Positions 28,061 through 37,773 of a stretch of DNA of 64,000 bases are shown piece after piece. The number at the start of each line of letters is the position of its first letter. Position 1 is the first letter of the stretch. The position numbers and the translations under genes are program-made. The stretch is from contig JBKHVI010000001.1 in assembly GCA_046570105.1 (NCBI GenBank), positions 71,230 to 135,229 of the forward strand, in the 5' to 3' direction. The notes under the pieces were generated by a model. It made no database searches. It worked only from the letters and a program-made list of their open reading frames with translations, and was not told the origin of the DNA. The stretch comes from Bacteriovoracia bacterium (GTDB lineage Bacteria; Bdellovibrionota; Bacteriovoracia; Bacteriovoracales; Bacteriovoracaceae).

Positions 28061-28982
28061 ACCAATTGGCCTTGATGATAAGCTTCAATCGAAGCATCAT
28101 AACTCTTATTAGTAGACGCAGGAAAGCCACAAGTCTGTCTCTTTTTGAGAGTCCAGATAACTTCCAACTCATCCAAACTTCAAACGCATCACCGCGTCGC
28201 CCCGCTCTCGTACGCATCTGATGAACCATCCAATGAGGTGCACTTTGATCGAGTAAAATAACTCGGGCCAAATTTGGTAAATTAATTCCGTGAGACAAGC
28301 ATGATGTGGCGACAATCACTTGGGGTAATTCTTCCCGATGCAATCGCTCTTGAAACTGTGCGGTTTCTCCTCCTTTGCATCCCCAAACCGCTAAACCCAT
28401 CTGACGAATACTTTTTACCCAATCATCAACGGCATTACGATGTTGGCAAAAAATCAAACTCATCCCATTCAACTCATCTGTAATGAGTTCAGTAATCAAT
28501 GAGGCAGGCCCAGCTAACGTCACACTAGGTAAATGTTTAAATTGAAAATTACCGGCATCACCTGAAATAAGATGAGAAAAGTTTTGCCCAAGAGTTTCTT
28601 TCAAAAAACTGAGTGTCTCTGGTATTAATGTCGCGGTAAAACCAACTCCTGCCAAACCTGAGAGGCAGTAGCCATACCAGGCTTCTAAGAAAGCATGGCG
28701 AAAACTTTCACCCCACAACTGCACCAGATGAATTTCATCCCAAATAACCACCAAGTTCGGTTTTGCTTTTTGCAGCCCTTCCCAATCAAGCTGGAGCAAC
28801 TCTTCGGGCAAAACAACCCATACTTTTTCATTTTGTCTTTTGACTTCTTCGGCTAGGGCCCTTAAGGGAGATATATAAAGGAATTCACACCCAGATTCTT
28901 TGACCCATAAGTGAAACAACTGTGTTTTCCCCCATGCGGGAGGTGCGATCAGAAGTTGAAATGTTGCGGCGGGAAAGTACAT
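28011..28982 (-). CDS. compact SF2 (DEAD/DEAH-like) helicase core protein
   Basis: Motif I is APPAWGKT, Ia is ISPLRALA, II is WDEIHLV and III is FTATL. Motif V-like is ATSCLSHGINL and VI is QMRTRAGRRG. The 323-aa protein overlaps the recO start by 50 nt. Confidence 0.65.
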   Translation of the reverse strand: MYFPAATFQLLIAPPAWGKTQLFHLWVKESGCEFLYISPLRALAEEVKRQNEKVWVVLPEELLQLDWEGLQKAKPNLVVIWDEIHLVQLWGESFRHAFLEAWYGYCLSGLAGVGFTATLIPETLSFLKETLGQNFSHLISGDAGNFQFKHLPSVTLAGPASLITELITDELNGMSLIFCQHRNAVDDWVKSIRQMGLAVWGCKGGETAQFQERLHREELPQVIVATSCLSHGINLPNLARVILLDQSAPHWMVHQMRTRAGRRGDAFEVWMSWKLSGLSKRDRLVAFLRLLIRVMMLRLKLIIKANWYDPGRDCHSDYSAKRT

Positions 28983-29084
28983 TTCCTCTTCTTAAGCCTG
29001 TCGCAAGGCGCATGTCGCGTTTATTTCAGTTAATTGTAAGACAAATTCTTATTTGAATCAGTGTTTTCATTCTATAATCAGCCC

Positions 29085-30182
29085 ATGATAAATTCAGTAG
29101 TTCATCCTATCGCTCTCAAGCTCATCGAACTGTCGGGTGATCTCTTCATTGCAATGACTCCGGAAGGATTTATTATTGCTCTCAGTAAAGAGTGGGAACC
29201 ACTCTTAGGAAGAAGCATTCAAGACATTCGTGCTTATCAATATGAACACCTCGTTTACCCCAAAGATATGCCGGTAACACGTGCAGCATTTGAGGCGGTA
29301 AAGAATGGATCAGACATCAGCCAACTCCGTTTGCGCTTCATAAAAGCTGATGGAGAACCCGTTTGGCTGCAATGGAGAGCGACTAAAGACCAGGAAACTG
29401 GGCTGATATACTCTGCAGCAACAGTCATTGCTCCGCTGGATATGAAGCAAGAAGAGATTGAACACGAGCGTCAAAAAAATATCCACACCGCGAAGCTCGC
29501 ATCATTAGGGGAAATAGCCGCGGGTGTGGCCCATGAACTCAACAATCCTCTTTCAATTGTGATGGGCTATTTAAAAATGCTTGAGCTTGAATATGAGCAA
29601 GGGACACTGACTCCTCCTGAATTTAAAAAAATTATGGGTGGGACTCTGGCTGCCACCGATAGAGCGACAAAAATTATTCAAAATCTAAAAAATTTGGCAC
29701 GAGATGGGGCACAAGATCCTCTCGAGAGAGTTTTACTGGATGAAATTATTGAGAGCACTTTAGATTTTGTGAGAGAAAAATTTCGTCGCTATAATGTTAA
29801 ACTCGAAGTCAATTACCAACCCCATGTATGGGTGATGTGTCGTCAAGTCGAACTCTCTCAAGTCATTCTTAATCTACTAACGAATGCCTTTGATGCGTGT
29901 GAGGGTCACACTGAACCATGGATAAAGTTAACTGTTGAAACCATTGATAAGAACGCTCTCATTCAGGTTTCAAATTCAGGGCCTTTGATTTCAAGTGAAA
30001 TACAGCAGCGAATTTTTACTCCATTTTTCACTACTAAAAAATATGGCCGCGGCACTGGTCTAGGTCTCTCGATCGCTGCCAGCATTATGCATCGTCACAA
30101 CGGAGAGCTTTATCTAAAGTCTCGCTCTGAATTCACCACTTTTGTGGCCCGTATTCCCACTTCTCCAGAAGGCAAAATATGA
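29085..30182 (+). CDS. PAS-domain sensor histidine kinase (cytoplasmic)
   Basis: It has a PAS region, HisKA GVAHELNNPL and HATPase GTGLGLSIA. ATG 29085 is preferred over GTG 29061. Confidence 0.8.
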   Translation: MINSVVHPIALKLIELSGDLFIAMTPEGFIIALSKEWEPLLGRSIQDIRAYQYEHLVYPKDMPVTRAAFEAVKNGSDISQLRLRFIKADGEPVWLQWRATKDQETGLIYSAATVIAPLDMKQEEIEHERQKNIHTAKLASLGEIAAGVAHELNNPLSIVMGYLKMLELEYEQGTLTPPEFKKIMGGTLAATDRATKIIQNLKNLARDGAQDPLERVLLDEIIESTLDFVREKFRRYNVKLEVNYQPHVWVMCRQVELSQVILNLLTNAFDACEGHTEPWIKLTVETIDKNALIQVSNSGPLISSEIQQRIFTPFFTTKKYGRGTGLGLSIAASIMHRHNGELYLKSRSEFTTFVARIPTSPEGKI

Positions 30183-30532
30183 AAGTCTGGGTCGTAGATG
30201 ATGAAGCAGAAATTTGTCATATTCTCGAGTATCTCCTCAAGCGTGATGGTCACGAATGCATGACATTTGAAAATCCTCTACAAGCTCTCAAGAGCCTGCA
30301 AACGACACCACCCGAAGTCATCATTTGCGATTTTAAAATGCCGCAAATGAACGGATTAGATTTTTTTCTAAAAATCAAAGATCAGTGGAAGGGTGAATTT
30401 ATCATGCTCACTGGTGAGCCAAGTGCAGATCCAAAAGAATTACAATCGATCGGCATTAAAGAAGTGTTGTTTAAACCTAGAGATCTCACTCGTATCCTCA
30501 CGGTTCTTAAAGATTTAGCGCAAAATAAATAA
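30179..30532 (+). CDS. single-domain response regulator (CheY-like receiver)
   Basis: The 117-aa protein has DDE near the N-terminus, the phospho-acceptor context VIICDFKMP and a conserved K in LFKP. Its start overlaps the kinase stop (ATGA). Confidence 0.8.
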   Translation: MKVWVVDDEAEICHILEYLLKRDGHECMTFENPLQALKSLQTTPPEVIICDFKMPQMNGLDFFLKIKDQWKGEFIMLTGEPSADPKELQSIGIKEVLFKPRDLTRILTVLKDLAQNK

Positions 30533-30619
30533 AATCTTTTTTTCAACATAATTGCTGGCTCCCCTAGTCAAAGTCATTTCTTGATGCTGAAATGTTTATA
30601 TCTGACTGAGGTGATTTTT

Positions 30620-31120
30620 ATGCGCCAATGGATTTTGAGTGCCTGCAGCATTTTTGCCATCGTCTTTTTGGCACTGTACTCGGCCCAAACAAAAGTTCAC
30701 GACTACTCAAGTCTCACTGACTTGCGAGTAGGATTAAATGCAAACCAACTGAGTTTTCTGGGTCAGCCCGTATCTGCGAGTGAAAGAGAACGAGTTTACT
30801 TGCTACCTGACCAATCTACTCTTGTTGTTATGATCCAAGATCAAAAAGTATCCGCCGCCTGGATGGAATTACGTCAACCACTCAAGGTTGAGGATCCTCA
30901 ATTTAAACGTCTCCGTTTTGTGCAAATGGGTGTGGATGCTGCTTTAAGTCCAACTTGGTTTTATGCCGCTGCTGCCGACCAGGGCCGCATTTTCAAAATT
31001 TCTCAGCAAGGGTTGATTGAAAGTATCACTTGGGTCAAGCCATTTGAAGCTCAAGGCCGTACTGTTCAGCTACAAGCGTTGGTTCAAGAATTTACCGGTC
31101 AGCGCGCATTTTCTTTGTGA
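30620..31120 (+). CDS. hypothetical membrane-anchored protein
   Basis: ATG 30620 has GAGGTG upstream. MRQWILSACSIFAIVFLALYSA looks like a signal anchor. Confidence 0.5.
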   Translation: MRQWILSACSIFAIVFLALYSAQTKVHDYSSLTDLRVGLNANQLSFLGQPVSASERERVYLLPDQSTLVVMIQDQKVSAAWMELRQPLKVEDPQFKRLRFVQMGVDAALSPTWFYAAAADQGRIFKISQQGLIESITWVKPFEAQGRTVQLQALVQEFTGQRAFSL

Positions 31121-31126
31121 GACCCT

Positions 31127-31384
31127 ATGCTCGCACATGTTGAAAAACTTTTTGATGAACAAGTTCGTCCCGCTCTTGCCCAGCATGGTGGGAATATCGA
31201 GATTATCGATTTAGATAATCAAAAACTCTTCGTTAAATTTAGTGGGGGCTGTCACGGCTGTTCTAGTTCTCAAGCGACACTTAAAGGTGGCGTCGAAACT
31301 CTCGTTAAACAAACTTTTCCCGATATTCTAGAGGTCGTTGATCTCACCGATCACACGACCGGCGAGAATCCTTACGCGACCTAG
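31127..31384 (+). CDS. NifU-like Fe-S cluster domain protein (Nfu C-terminal domain)
   Basis: The 85-aa protein carries VRPALAQHGGNIEI...GGCHGCSSS, the CxxC motif of the NifU C-terminal domain. Confidence 0.75.
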   Translation: MLAHVEKLFDEQVRPALAQHGGNIEIIDLDNQKLFVKFSGGCHGCSSSQATLKGGVETLVKQTFPDILEVVDLTDHTTGENPYAT

Positions 31385-32193
31385 AGCCAGTGTGGCTTGG
31401 TTGGATTTCTAATCACATCTAATCTTTCACGAACCTGCTTTAAGCGATCTTTATCAAAGGTCGCTGTAATCATTTTTTCGCCCTCTTCAGCGTCCGCCAA
31501 CACTTCACCCCAAGGGTCTACGATCAAAGAATGACCATAGGTTTTAATACGCTCATTATGATTGCCCCACTGTCCGGCCGCCACGACATAACATTGATTT
31601 TCTATCGCACGCGCTCTGAGCAGGGTGTGCCAATGCGCTTTCCCGGTAGGAACAGTGAAAGCAGAAGAAATAGTTAGAGCGGTCGCACCTTGCGAACTGT
31701 ACCAACGAAACAATTCAGGAAAGCGCAAATCAAAACAAATTGCGACACCAAACTTCCACCCCTCTACATCAAGGAGCAGTGGTTTCGCTCCTGCCGTATA
31801 GATTTTTCCTTCGTCAATGACTTGAGCAGAAGGATGCTTAGAGAGATCACAGGCAAACAAGTGAGTCTTATCGTAGCGACCCATCTCAGTTCCATCAGGC
31901 GCAAAATTATAGCTTCGATTTAAAATTTTTCCATCGACCAACGTCGCAACTGATCCACCTAAAAGATAAGTGCTAAATTCAGTCGCAAGCTTTTGAATTT
32001 CTCTCCAATGTTCATTCCCATCTTCAACCAAATAAGGAGTGGCAGTGAGGCCGTTTGAAATCGAGTAAAAAACTTCCGGCAAGAATACAGCTCGAACCCC
32101 TTCTTCTCGTGCTTGTTTCATAAATCGACGTATCGACGCCAAATTTACACTGGGCTCAAGCTTTGATTCCAATTGGATAATAGCAACTTTCAT
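31381..32193 (-). CDS. carbon-nitrogen hydrolase family protein (nitrilase/omega-amidase-like)
   Basis: The catalytic triad context is FLPEVF, YDKTHLF and AICFDLRFPE. I chose the start at ATG 32193 (MKVAIIQL). Confidence 0.8.
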   Translation of the reverse strand: MKVAIIQLESKLEPSVNLASIRRFMKQAREEGVRAVFLPEVFYSISNGLTATPYLVEDGNEHWREIQKLATEFSTYLLGGSVATLVDGKILNRSYNFAPDGTEMGRYDKTHLFACDLSKHPSAQVIDEGKIYTAGAKPLLLDVEGWKFGVAICFDLRFPELFRWYSSQGATALTISSAFTVPTGKAHWHTLLRARAIENQCYVVAAGQWGNHNERIKTYGHSLIVDPWGEVLADAEEGEKMITATFDKDRLKQVRERLDVIRNPTKPHWL

Positions 32194-32244
32194 AGTAATC
32201 CCTTTGTCATTTACGGATAACACCCTCACGGGCGATGATCAACC

Positions 32245-33204
32245 ATGCTTAAAAAAGTTCTCATTAATATTATTAAGGCGGGGCTGGCCTTGGGCCTCTT
32301 GGGCTGGCTGGTTCAATCAGGGAAGCTCAACTGGAGTCTTTTAGCCGAGATGCAGCGCTACCCATTGCGTCTATTGATGGTGTTTGGCTTTTGCTTTTTG
32401 AATCTTCTGCTCGTCACTTGGCGCTGGCGCTACCTTCTAAGTGCGCGCTCTCGCCACTCTATTCCCTTGGCCGGCCTTGGAATGGTGAATTGGATAGGAT
32501 TATTTTTTGGCTCTGTTCTCCCTGGTAGCATCACCGGTGATGTCGTTAAGATCTTTTATGTAAAAAAAAGTGATGCCAGCCTTTCGACCCCCTTTCTCTT
32601 ATTCTCCAGCTTTCTTGATCGAGTGATGGGTCTGACTGGTCTGATTCTATTGATGGGCGGCTTTTCTGTTTTTAATTACTCAACTCTCTCGGCACTCTCA
32701 CCGAAGTTAGTGCCGATGTTACACTTTAATTTTTTCTTACTCGCCAGTGTTATAACCGCACTGATCGTTTTCTTTCTCGCCCCCCATTTAATCGAACAAC
32801 TCTTAACGATTCTCAAGAGCTTTGTACCTCAAAGTAAGTGGCCTGGGCGCTTGCAGGACTTGTGGAAAGATCTCATTACTGCCAGAAAACAGATGGGCCT
32901 GGCGATTCTCATAAGTATCGTGGTTCAGTTTTTGGGCGTGGTCATTTTTCATTTACTCGTAAGCCCACAGTATCAAACTGCACTCTCACTCGAGCTGGTA
33001 CTCAGTTTCATTCCACTGGGTTTTATGGCGCTCGCTATACCCATTGCTCCGGGTGGCCTAGGCGTTGGCCATGCTGCTTTTCAAACGTTATTTGGATTTG
33101 CGGGCGAGATGAATGGCGCGAACTTTTTCAACATGTACTTCGTCGTCACCATGGTCTTCAACATTCTGGGATTTATTCCCTGGTTGATCAGTAAGCGGCG
33201 CTAG
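32245..33204 (+). CDS. flippase-like/LPG-synthase-TM family membrane protein (UPF0104)
   Basis: The 319-aa polytopic membrane protein has the pattern GSITGDVVKIFY and a C-terminal PGGLGVGHAAF, typical of this family. Confidence 0.6.
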   Translation: MLKKVLINIIKAGLALGLLGWLVQSGKLNWSLLAEMQRYPLRLLMVFGFCFLNLLLVTWRWRYLLSARSRHSIPLAGLGMVNWIGLFFGSVLPGSITGDVVKIFYVKKSDASLSTPFLLFSSFLDRVMGLTGLILLMGGFSVFNYSTLSALSPKLVPMLHFNFFLLASVITALIVFFLAPHLIEQLLTILKSFVPQSKWPGRLQDLWKDLITARKQMGLAILISIVVQFLGVVIFHLLVSPQYQTALSLELVLSFIPLGFMALAIPIAPGGLGVGHAAFQTLFGFAGEMNGANFFNMYFVVTMVFNILGFIPWLISKRR

Positions 33205-33369
33205 GTTTTCATGCAAATTCACCCGTAAGTCCGAACTTGAGTCTCTTTTAATTCATAGAATTACTTGAGGACGCTTCATGCAATCTCATAGAAACCATAG
33301 TTCATCCTGGCATAAATTAATGCTATTAAATAGGTCGTTGCGCCAGGATGAGACGGGTGAATTTGCCGC
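33203..33369. mobile_element. MITE-like insertion with 14-bp inverted repeats, flanked by a 15-bp direct duplication
   Basis: The IRs are GCAAATTCACCCGT (33213-33226) and ACGGGTGAATTTGC (33353-33366). An inner IR pairs CATCCTGGC with GCCAGGATG. The flanking direct repeats TCAGTAAGCG(G/A)CGCT lie at 33188-33202 and 33370-33384. Confidence 0.45.
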
Positions 33370-33386
33370 TCAGTAAGCGACGCTGA

Positions 33387-34010
33387 TCAGGTAAATACAA
33401 ATATTTTCGTAGGTTCAATATGCTGATAGTGCATCGACTTAGTCTTGAGTGATTCAAGATTAAGCAAAAAGCGCAACTCTTCTTCAAAAGAGTTCATCTT
33501 ACGAATTTTCTTTGACTGTTTTTTGAGAATTGAACGTGTTGTTTGCGGAAGTGTGCAAACACCGTGAAGCATAAAGCTCTCAGTCTTGTAACGAATTACG
33601 CGACCGATGAAAAGATCGTCTTCCACAAGGCCAATGTTCTTATGACCTTTAGCGAGAGTCACTTTTTCGTCATGAAGAATGTCTTTGAGTACTATCTGGC
33701 GACGGAAATTCACTTTGCTGAATTCTAGTAGCGTGTGGTTTACATTCAAAAAAGCCTGCGACAAATCTTCATCAAGTTGTTCGCGACGAATGTAGTCTTC
33801 GACTAATTTTTTTCCTGAATCATCTTTCCACTGAAACAAGTACCACTCATTAAAACAGTGCATGCGACTTTCAAACTCATCTTTGTCTTCATCAAGTTTG
33901 CCGGTAAGACCAATGTAAGTCTCTTTCGCTTGTTTTAAGCGTTCGAAATATTCGCCCTGGGTATAAAGGGTGAGCATCTTTTCAATATGAGAATCTATGA
34001 GTTCAAGCAT
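33387..34010 (-). CDS. hypothetical protein
   Basis: A 207-aa ORF with coding-like composition. I recognised no family. Confidence 0.5.
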   Translation of the reverse strand: MLELIDSHIEKMLTLYTQGEYFERLKQAKETYIGLTGKLDEDKDEFESRMHCFNEWYLFQWKDDSGKKLVEDYIRREQLDEDLSQAFLNVNHTLLEFSKVNFRRQIVLKDILHDEKVTLAKGHKNIGLVEDDLFIGRVIRYKTESFMLHGVCTLPQTTRSILKKQSKKIRKMNSFEEELRFLLNLESLKTKSMHYQHIEPTKIFVFT

Positions 34011-34020
34011 GGAGTCTATT

Positions 34021-35829
34021 CTACTCGTCGACCTTCAATACTGCCAAGAAAGCTTCTTGAGGAATCTCTACGTTCCCGACCATTTTCATCCGCTTTTTAC
34101 CCTCTTTTTGCTTTTCGAGGAGTTTGCGTTTACGGCTAATATCACCGCCGTAACACTTGGCCAAAACGTTCTTTCGGAGAGCTTTTACCGTCTCGCGGGC
34201 GATGATTTTTGCTCCAATTGCAGCTTGAACGGCAATATCAAATTGCTGGCGATCAATCAGTTTCATGAGCTTGTGAGTCAAATCCCGACCGCGGTTAAAT
34301 GAATTATCACGGTGAGTAATAATTGAGAGTGCGTCGACCTTATCGCCATTGAGAAGTACATCCAACTTCACTAGGTCGGCTTCTAAGTATTCATGGAGAT
34401 CATAATCCATGGAAGCATATCCCTTAGAGAGAGACTTCAGTTGATCATAGAAATCATACATCATCTCAGAAAGAGGCAAGATATAGATGAGCTGCACGCG
34501 CTCTTCAGTGATGTAATTAATCGCCTGTTGTTGCCCGCGGCGATCTTCGCAGAGCTTAATAATTTTTCCGACATAATCATTAGGAAGATGAATAGAAAGT
34601 TTTACTGTCGGCTCTTTAATACATTCAATGAAAGTGACATCTGGAAGCTTGGATGGGTTTTCAATAATAACGACTTCACCTTTAGTCGTATGCACCTCAT
34701 AGGCACACGAAGGGGCGGTCGAGATGAGAGCAAGATTGAACTCACGCTCTAAGCGCTCTTGAATAATATCCATGTGGAGGAGACCCAAAAAGCCACAACG
34801 GAAACCAAAGCCCAGGGCCTGAGAAGACTCTGGTTCGTAAGTAAATGAACTATCATTCAAAGCAAGCTTTTCAAGCGCGTCTTTTAAGACTTCATACTCC
34901 TCAGAGACAACTGGGAAAACTCCACAGAAAACCATCGGTTTTACTTCTTTGTAGCCTTTCAAGTAGGGTGTGGTTTCTTTCTGGGAAGTATGAACAATCG
35001 TATCGCCCACCTTCACATCGCGAATCGTTTTGATGCCACAAATGATCATGCCAACTTCACCGGCCCCGAGCTCTTCGACTTCTTGGTAGAAGGGTGTGCT
35101 AACGGCAAGCTTAAGAACTTCGTGATCCATATGACTGTTCTTAAAATGAATCTTGTCTTTAAGTTTAATCGCGCCTTCCATCACACGGGCAAGAACTACG
35201 ACACCACGATAAGAGTCAAACCAAGAATCAAAAATCAAAGCTTGTAATGGATTTGCACTGAGGCCTTTCGGCGGTGGTACACGCTTTACAATTTCTTCAA
35301 GAAGAACATCGACACCCAAACCAGATTTACCAGACACACGAGGAGCGTCTTCAGCAAGAATGCCGATGACATCTTCGATCTCTTTCATGACTTTTTCTGG
35401 ATCAGCGTGAGGCAGATCAATCTTGTTGATCACCGGAATAATTTCGAGATTGTTTTCTAGCGCCATATAAACGTTGGCGAGCGTTTGAGCTTCAATCCCT
35501 TGAGAGGCATCAACCACCAAAAGAGCGGCTTCACAGGAGGCCAATGAGCGCGAGACTTCGTAGGTAAAATCCACATGTCCCGGCGTGTCAATTAGGTTAA
35601 ACCAATAATCTTTTCCATCTTGGGCACGGTAACGCAGACGAACGGTTTGAGCCTTAATCGTAATGCCCCGCTCCTTCTCCAAATCCATATTATCAAGCAA
35701 TCGATCAGACTTTTCCCGCTGGGTAATAGAGTTCGTCATCTCAATGAGACGGTCAGCGAGCGTCGACTTACCATGGTCAATGTGAGCGATAATGGAGAAA
35801 TTGCGAATGAACTGGGGATCTAAAGCCAT
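34021..35829 (-). CDS. lepA: elongation factor 4
   Basis: The 602-aa protein has [26 protein letters not shown] and NKIDL, plus the LepA-specific C-terminus. Confidence 0.95.
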   Translation of the reverse strand: MALDPQFIRNFSIIAHIDHGKSTLADRLIEMTNSITQREKSDRLLDNMDLEKERGITIKAQTVRLRYRAQDGKDYWFNLIDTPGHVDFTYEVSRSLASCEAALLVVDASQGIEAQTLANVYMALENNLEIIPVINKIDLPHADPEKVMKEIEDVIGILAEDAPRVSGKSGLGVDVLLEEIVKRVPPPKGLSANPLQALIFDSWFDSYRGVVVLARVMEGAIKLKDKIHFKNSHMDHEVLKLAVSTPFYQEVEELGAGEVGMIICGIKTIRDVKVGDTIVHTSQKETTPYLKGYKEVKPMVFCGVFPVVSEEYEVLKDALEKLALNDSSFTYEPESSQALGFGFRCGFLGLLHMDIIQERLEREFNLALISTAPSCAYEVHTTKGEVVIIENPSKLPDVTFIECIKEPTVKLSIHLPNDYVGKIIKLCEDRRGQQQAINYITEERVQLIYILPLSEMMYDFYDQLKSLSKGYASMDYDLHEYLEADLVKLDVLLNGDKVDALSIITHRDNSFNRGRDLTHKLMKLIDRQQFDIAVQAAIGAKIIARETVKALRKNVLAKCYGGDISRKRKLLEKQKEGKKRMKMVGNVEIPQEAFLAVLKVDE

Positions 35830-35883
35830 ATGTGTCCTGGGAGCCGTTTTAAGTACGGCGCCCAGAATAGCGCAAGAGTGACG

Positions 35884-37053
35884 TTAGTTAAACACCTCTT
35901 GCGAGATGATCATCATGTAGTAATCCGAGTTATTATCCTTAGCACGGATCGGGATTACGTTAGCATAGCCGTGATAAGGCTCGTCGAGGTCTTGGTAAAC
36001 GTACTCATTAGTCTCAGGATCGAGCACTTTTTTGCGGCGAGGAACGGTAATTTCAGCGTTTTCAATTTTGGAGCGACGCTTAATTGCTACATCGAATGTT
36101 TCAACGATTGAATCTGGAAAGTTAACGTCCAAAAACTCTTTGTTAATAACGTCATCTGACTGCAAATCAAGCAGGCTATACATACTGTTGTTCATGTAAA
36201 CAAGTGCACCTTTGGCGTTGGCCACCAAAACGTTCTTCTTTACCATATTGGCCAATAGATCGAACTTACGATGCTCAACATTGATTCGGTCAGCACGTAA
36301 CTCTTCAAAGCGCTTGATTGAAGCAATCATTTTATTAATCTCGCGCGCCAACTCACCAATCTCATCGTTTTGATTATAGTAAATACTTACGTCGAAATTA
36401 CCTTCGCGTAGCTCTCTGACAGCGTCACGGATCTTCTTGAAAGGCATGGCAATCTTGCCTGGGATAACCAACGAAAGAAGAATCGTACCCAAAAACGTAA
36501 TGATTAAAGTGATCAGCATATTACGGCGAGTTTCACCAATAATGGACTTCACTTGTTTGTCGCGCTGTTCATTCTGATAATATTGGATGTCTTGGAAATC
36601 GGAGAAGGCTTCGAGAATTTTATCAGTCAGTTCCGAAATGGTCGCAAGGCCCGCGTTGTCTCGATAAAAAAGAGCGGACTTACGAATAATCGTTTGCAGA
36701 GATTCTACGTAGCCTAACATTTTTGAAATAATCTTTTTTGCTTCAACTTCAGAATAATAACTGTCTAGACGTTGGAGTTGGGTTGAGAAACCTTCGCACA
36801 GTACTTGCAAGCGACGAAGATCTTCCTCATTCGATTTAGTCGTAAGGATTTTCTTTTGAAGCTTGAGAATTGAAACGGTACTCATGCGCACTTCATCTGA
36901 CAAAAGACTGATCTTGTTGGTGTTGTCAGTGATGGAGCTAATTTGAGTATTGAGAGAATCAAGGAAGAAGAAAACGGTAAAGCCCATAATCAGAACCACC
37001 AGGTTCGCAATAATGAAGCTTGCAGCGACTCGACCTTTTAGTGAGAGATTCAT
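35884..37053 (-). CDS. HAMP-domain membrane protein without recognisable output domain
   Basis: It has an N-terminal TM, a ~150-aa periplasmic or helical sensor, a second TM and HAMP (PFKKIRDAVRELREGNFDV...DEIGELAREINKM). A ~150-aa PAS-like tail follows. Confidence 0.6.
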   Translation of the reverse strand: MNLSLKGRVAASFIIANLVVLIMGFTVFFFLDSLNTQISSITDNTNKISLLSDEVRMSTVSILKLQKKILTTKSNEEDLRRLQVLCEGFSTQLQRLDSYYSEVEAKKIISKMLGYVESLQTIIRKSALFYRDNAGLATISELTDKILEAFSDFQDIQYYQNEQRDKQVKSIIGETRRNMLITLIITFLGTILLSLVIPGKIAMPFKKIRDAVRELREGNFDVSIYYNQNDEIGELAREINKMIASIKRFEELRADRINVEHRKFDLLANMVKKNVLVANAKGALVYMNNSMYSLLDLQSDDVINKEFLDVNFPDSIVETFDVAIKRRSKIENAEITVPRRKKVLDPETNEYVYQDLDEPYHGYANVIPIRAKDNNSDYYMMIISQEVFN

Positions 37054-37065
37054 ATTCTATAATCC

Positions 37066-37761
37066 TTAATTCTCTTCCAGATCATGGAAAAGTTTATCTA
37101 AGTTTTTGTCATTACCTACGATGACCACGATATCGTCTTCTTCGATAATATCCATCGGCAATGGACTATCGTTAATCACCACTTTAAATGCTGCCTTACC
37201 ATCTTCGTTAACCGTCGGGACACGTATCTGGAGAGCTACGATGTTCAATGAGTATTGCTGACGAATCTGACTCTCCACCAGTGTCTTACCGTGAAAACGT
37301 TTACCTAACTTCAATTCTACAATTGAGTATCCAGCCGAGAAGTTAAAGCGCTGAAGGACATAGGGAGCAGCAATTTTGGAAGCAATAATCTCTCCCATTT
37401 CTTCTTCAACCTTAACGATCTCAGAAGCACCAACCTCTTTAAGAACGTGTTCATGAAGTGGATTGGTGGCACGAGCAATAATACGACCGACACCTAGCTT
37501 TCTAAGCGAAGCTACCGCAAGAATAGACATCTGCACGTTATCACCAATAGCGACAACTGCAGTATCTACGTCAGTAATATTAAGCGCACGCATCGATTTC
37601 TCTTGAGTTACATCAATACAAACTGCGTGGGTCGCTCGATCTTTAATTTTTTCTACTAATTCAGGATTACTATCAATTGCGAGTACCTCTGCACCCTTTT
37701 CATAGAGACGTGTGGCCGTCTTCGCACCGAATGTTCCTAAACCAATGACTGCAATAAACAT
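37066..37761 (-). CDS. trkA: TrkA/KtrA-type K+ transport regulatory (RCK) protein
   Basis: The Rossmann motif VIGLGTFGAKTA is present with TrkA-N and TrkA-C architecture. It lies immediately downstream of the TrkH-type permease. Confidence 0.8.
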   Translation of the reverse strand: MFIAVIGLGTFGAKTATRLYEKGAEVLAIDSNPELVEKIKDRATHAVCIDVTQEKSMRALNITDVDTAVVAIGDNVQMSILAVASLRKLGVGRIIARATNPLHEHVLKEVGASEIVKVEEEMGEIIASKIAAPYVLQRFNFSAGYSIVELKLGKRFHGKTLVESQIRQQYSLNIVALQIRVPTVNEDGKAAFKVVINDSPLPMDIIEEDDIVVIVGNDKNLDKLFHDLEEN

Positions 37762-37773
37762 ACAAGGCCTACC

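Noticed and set aside
33308-33324. A sigma-54-like TGGCAT-N7-TGCT inside the MITE-like element.
   Set aside because: The GG to GC spacing is 11 nt instead of the canonical 10, and no gene lies downstream in that orientation.
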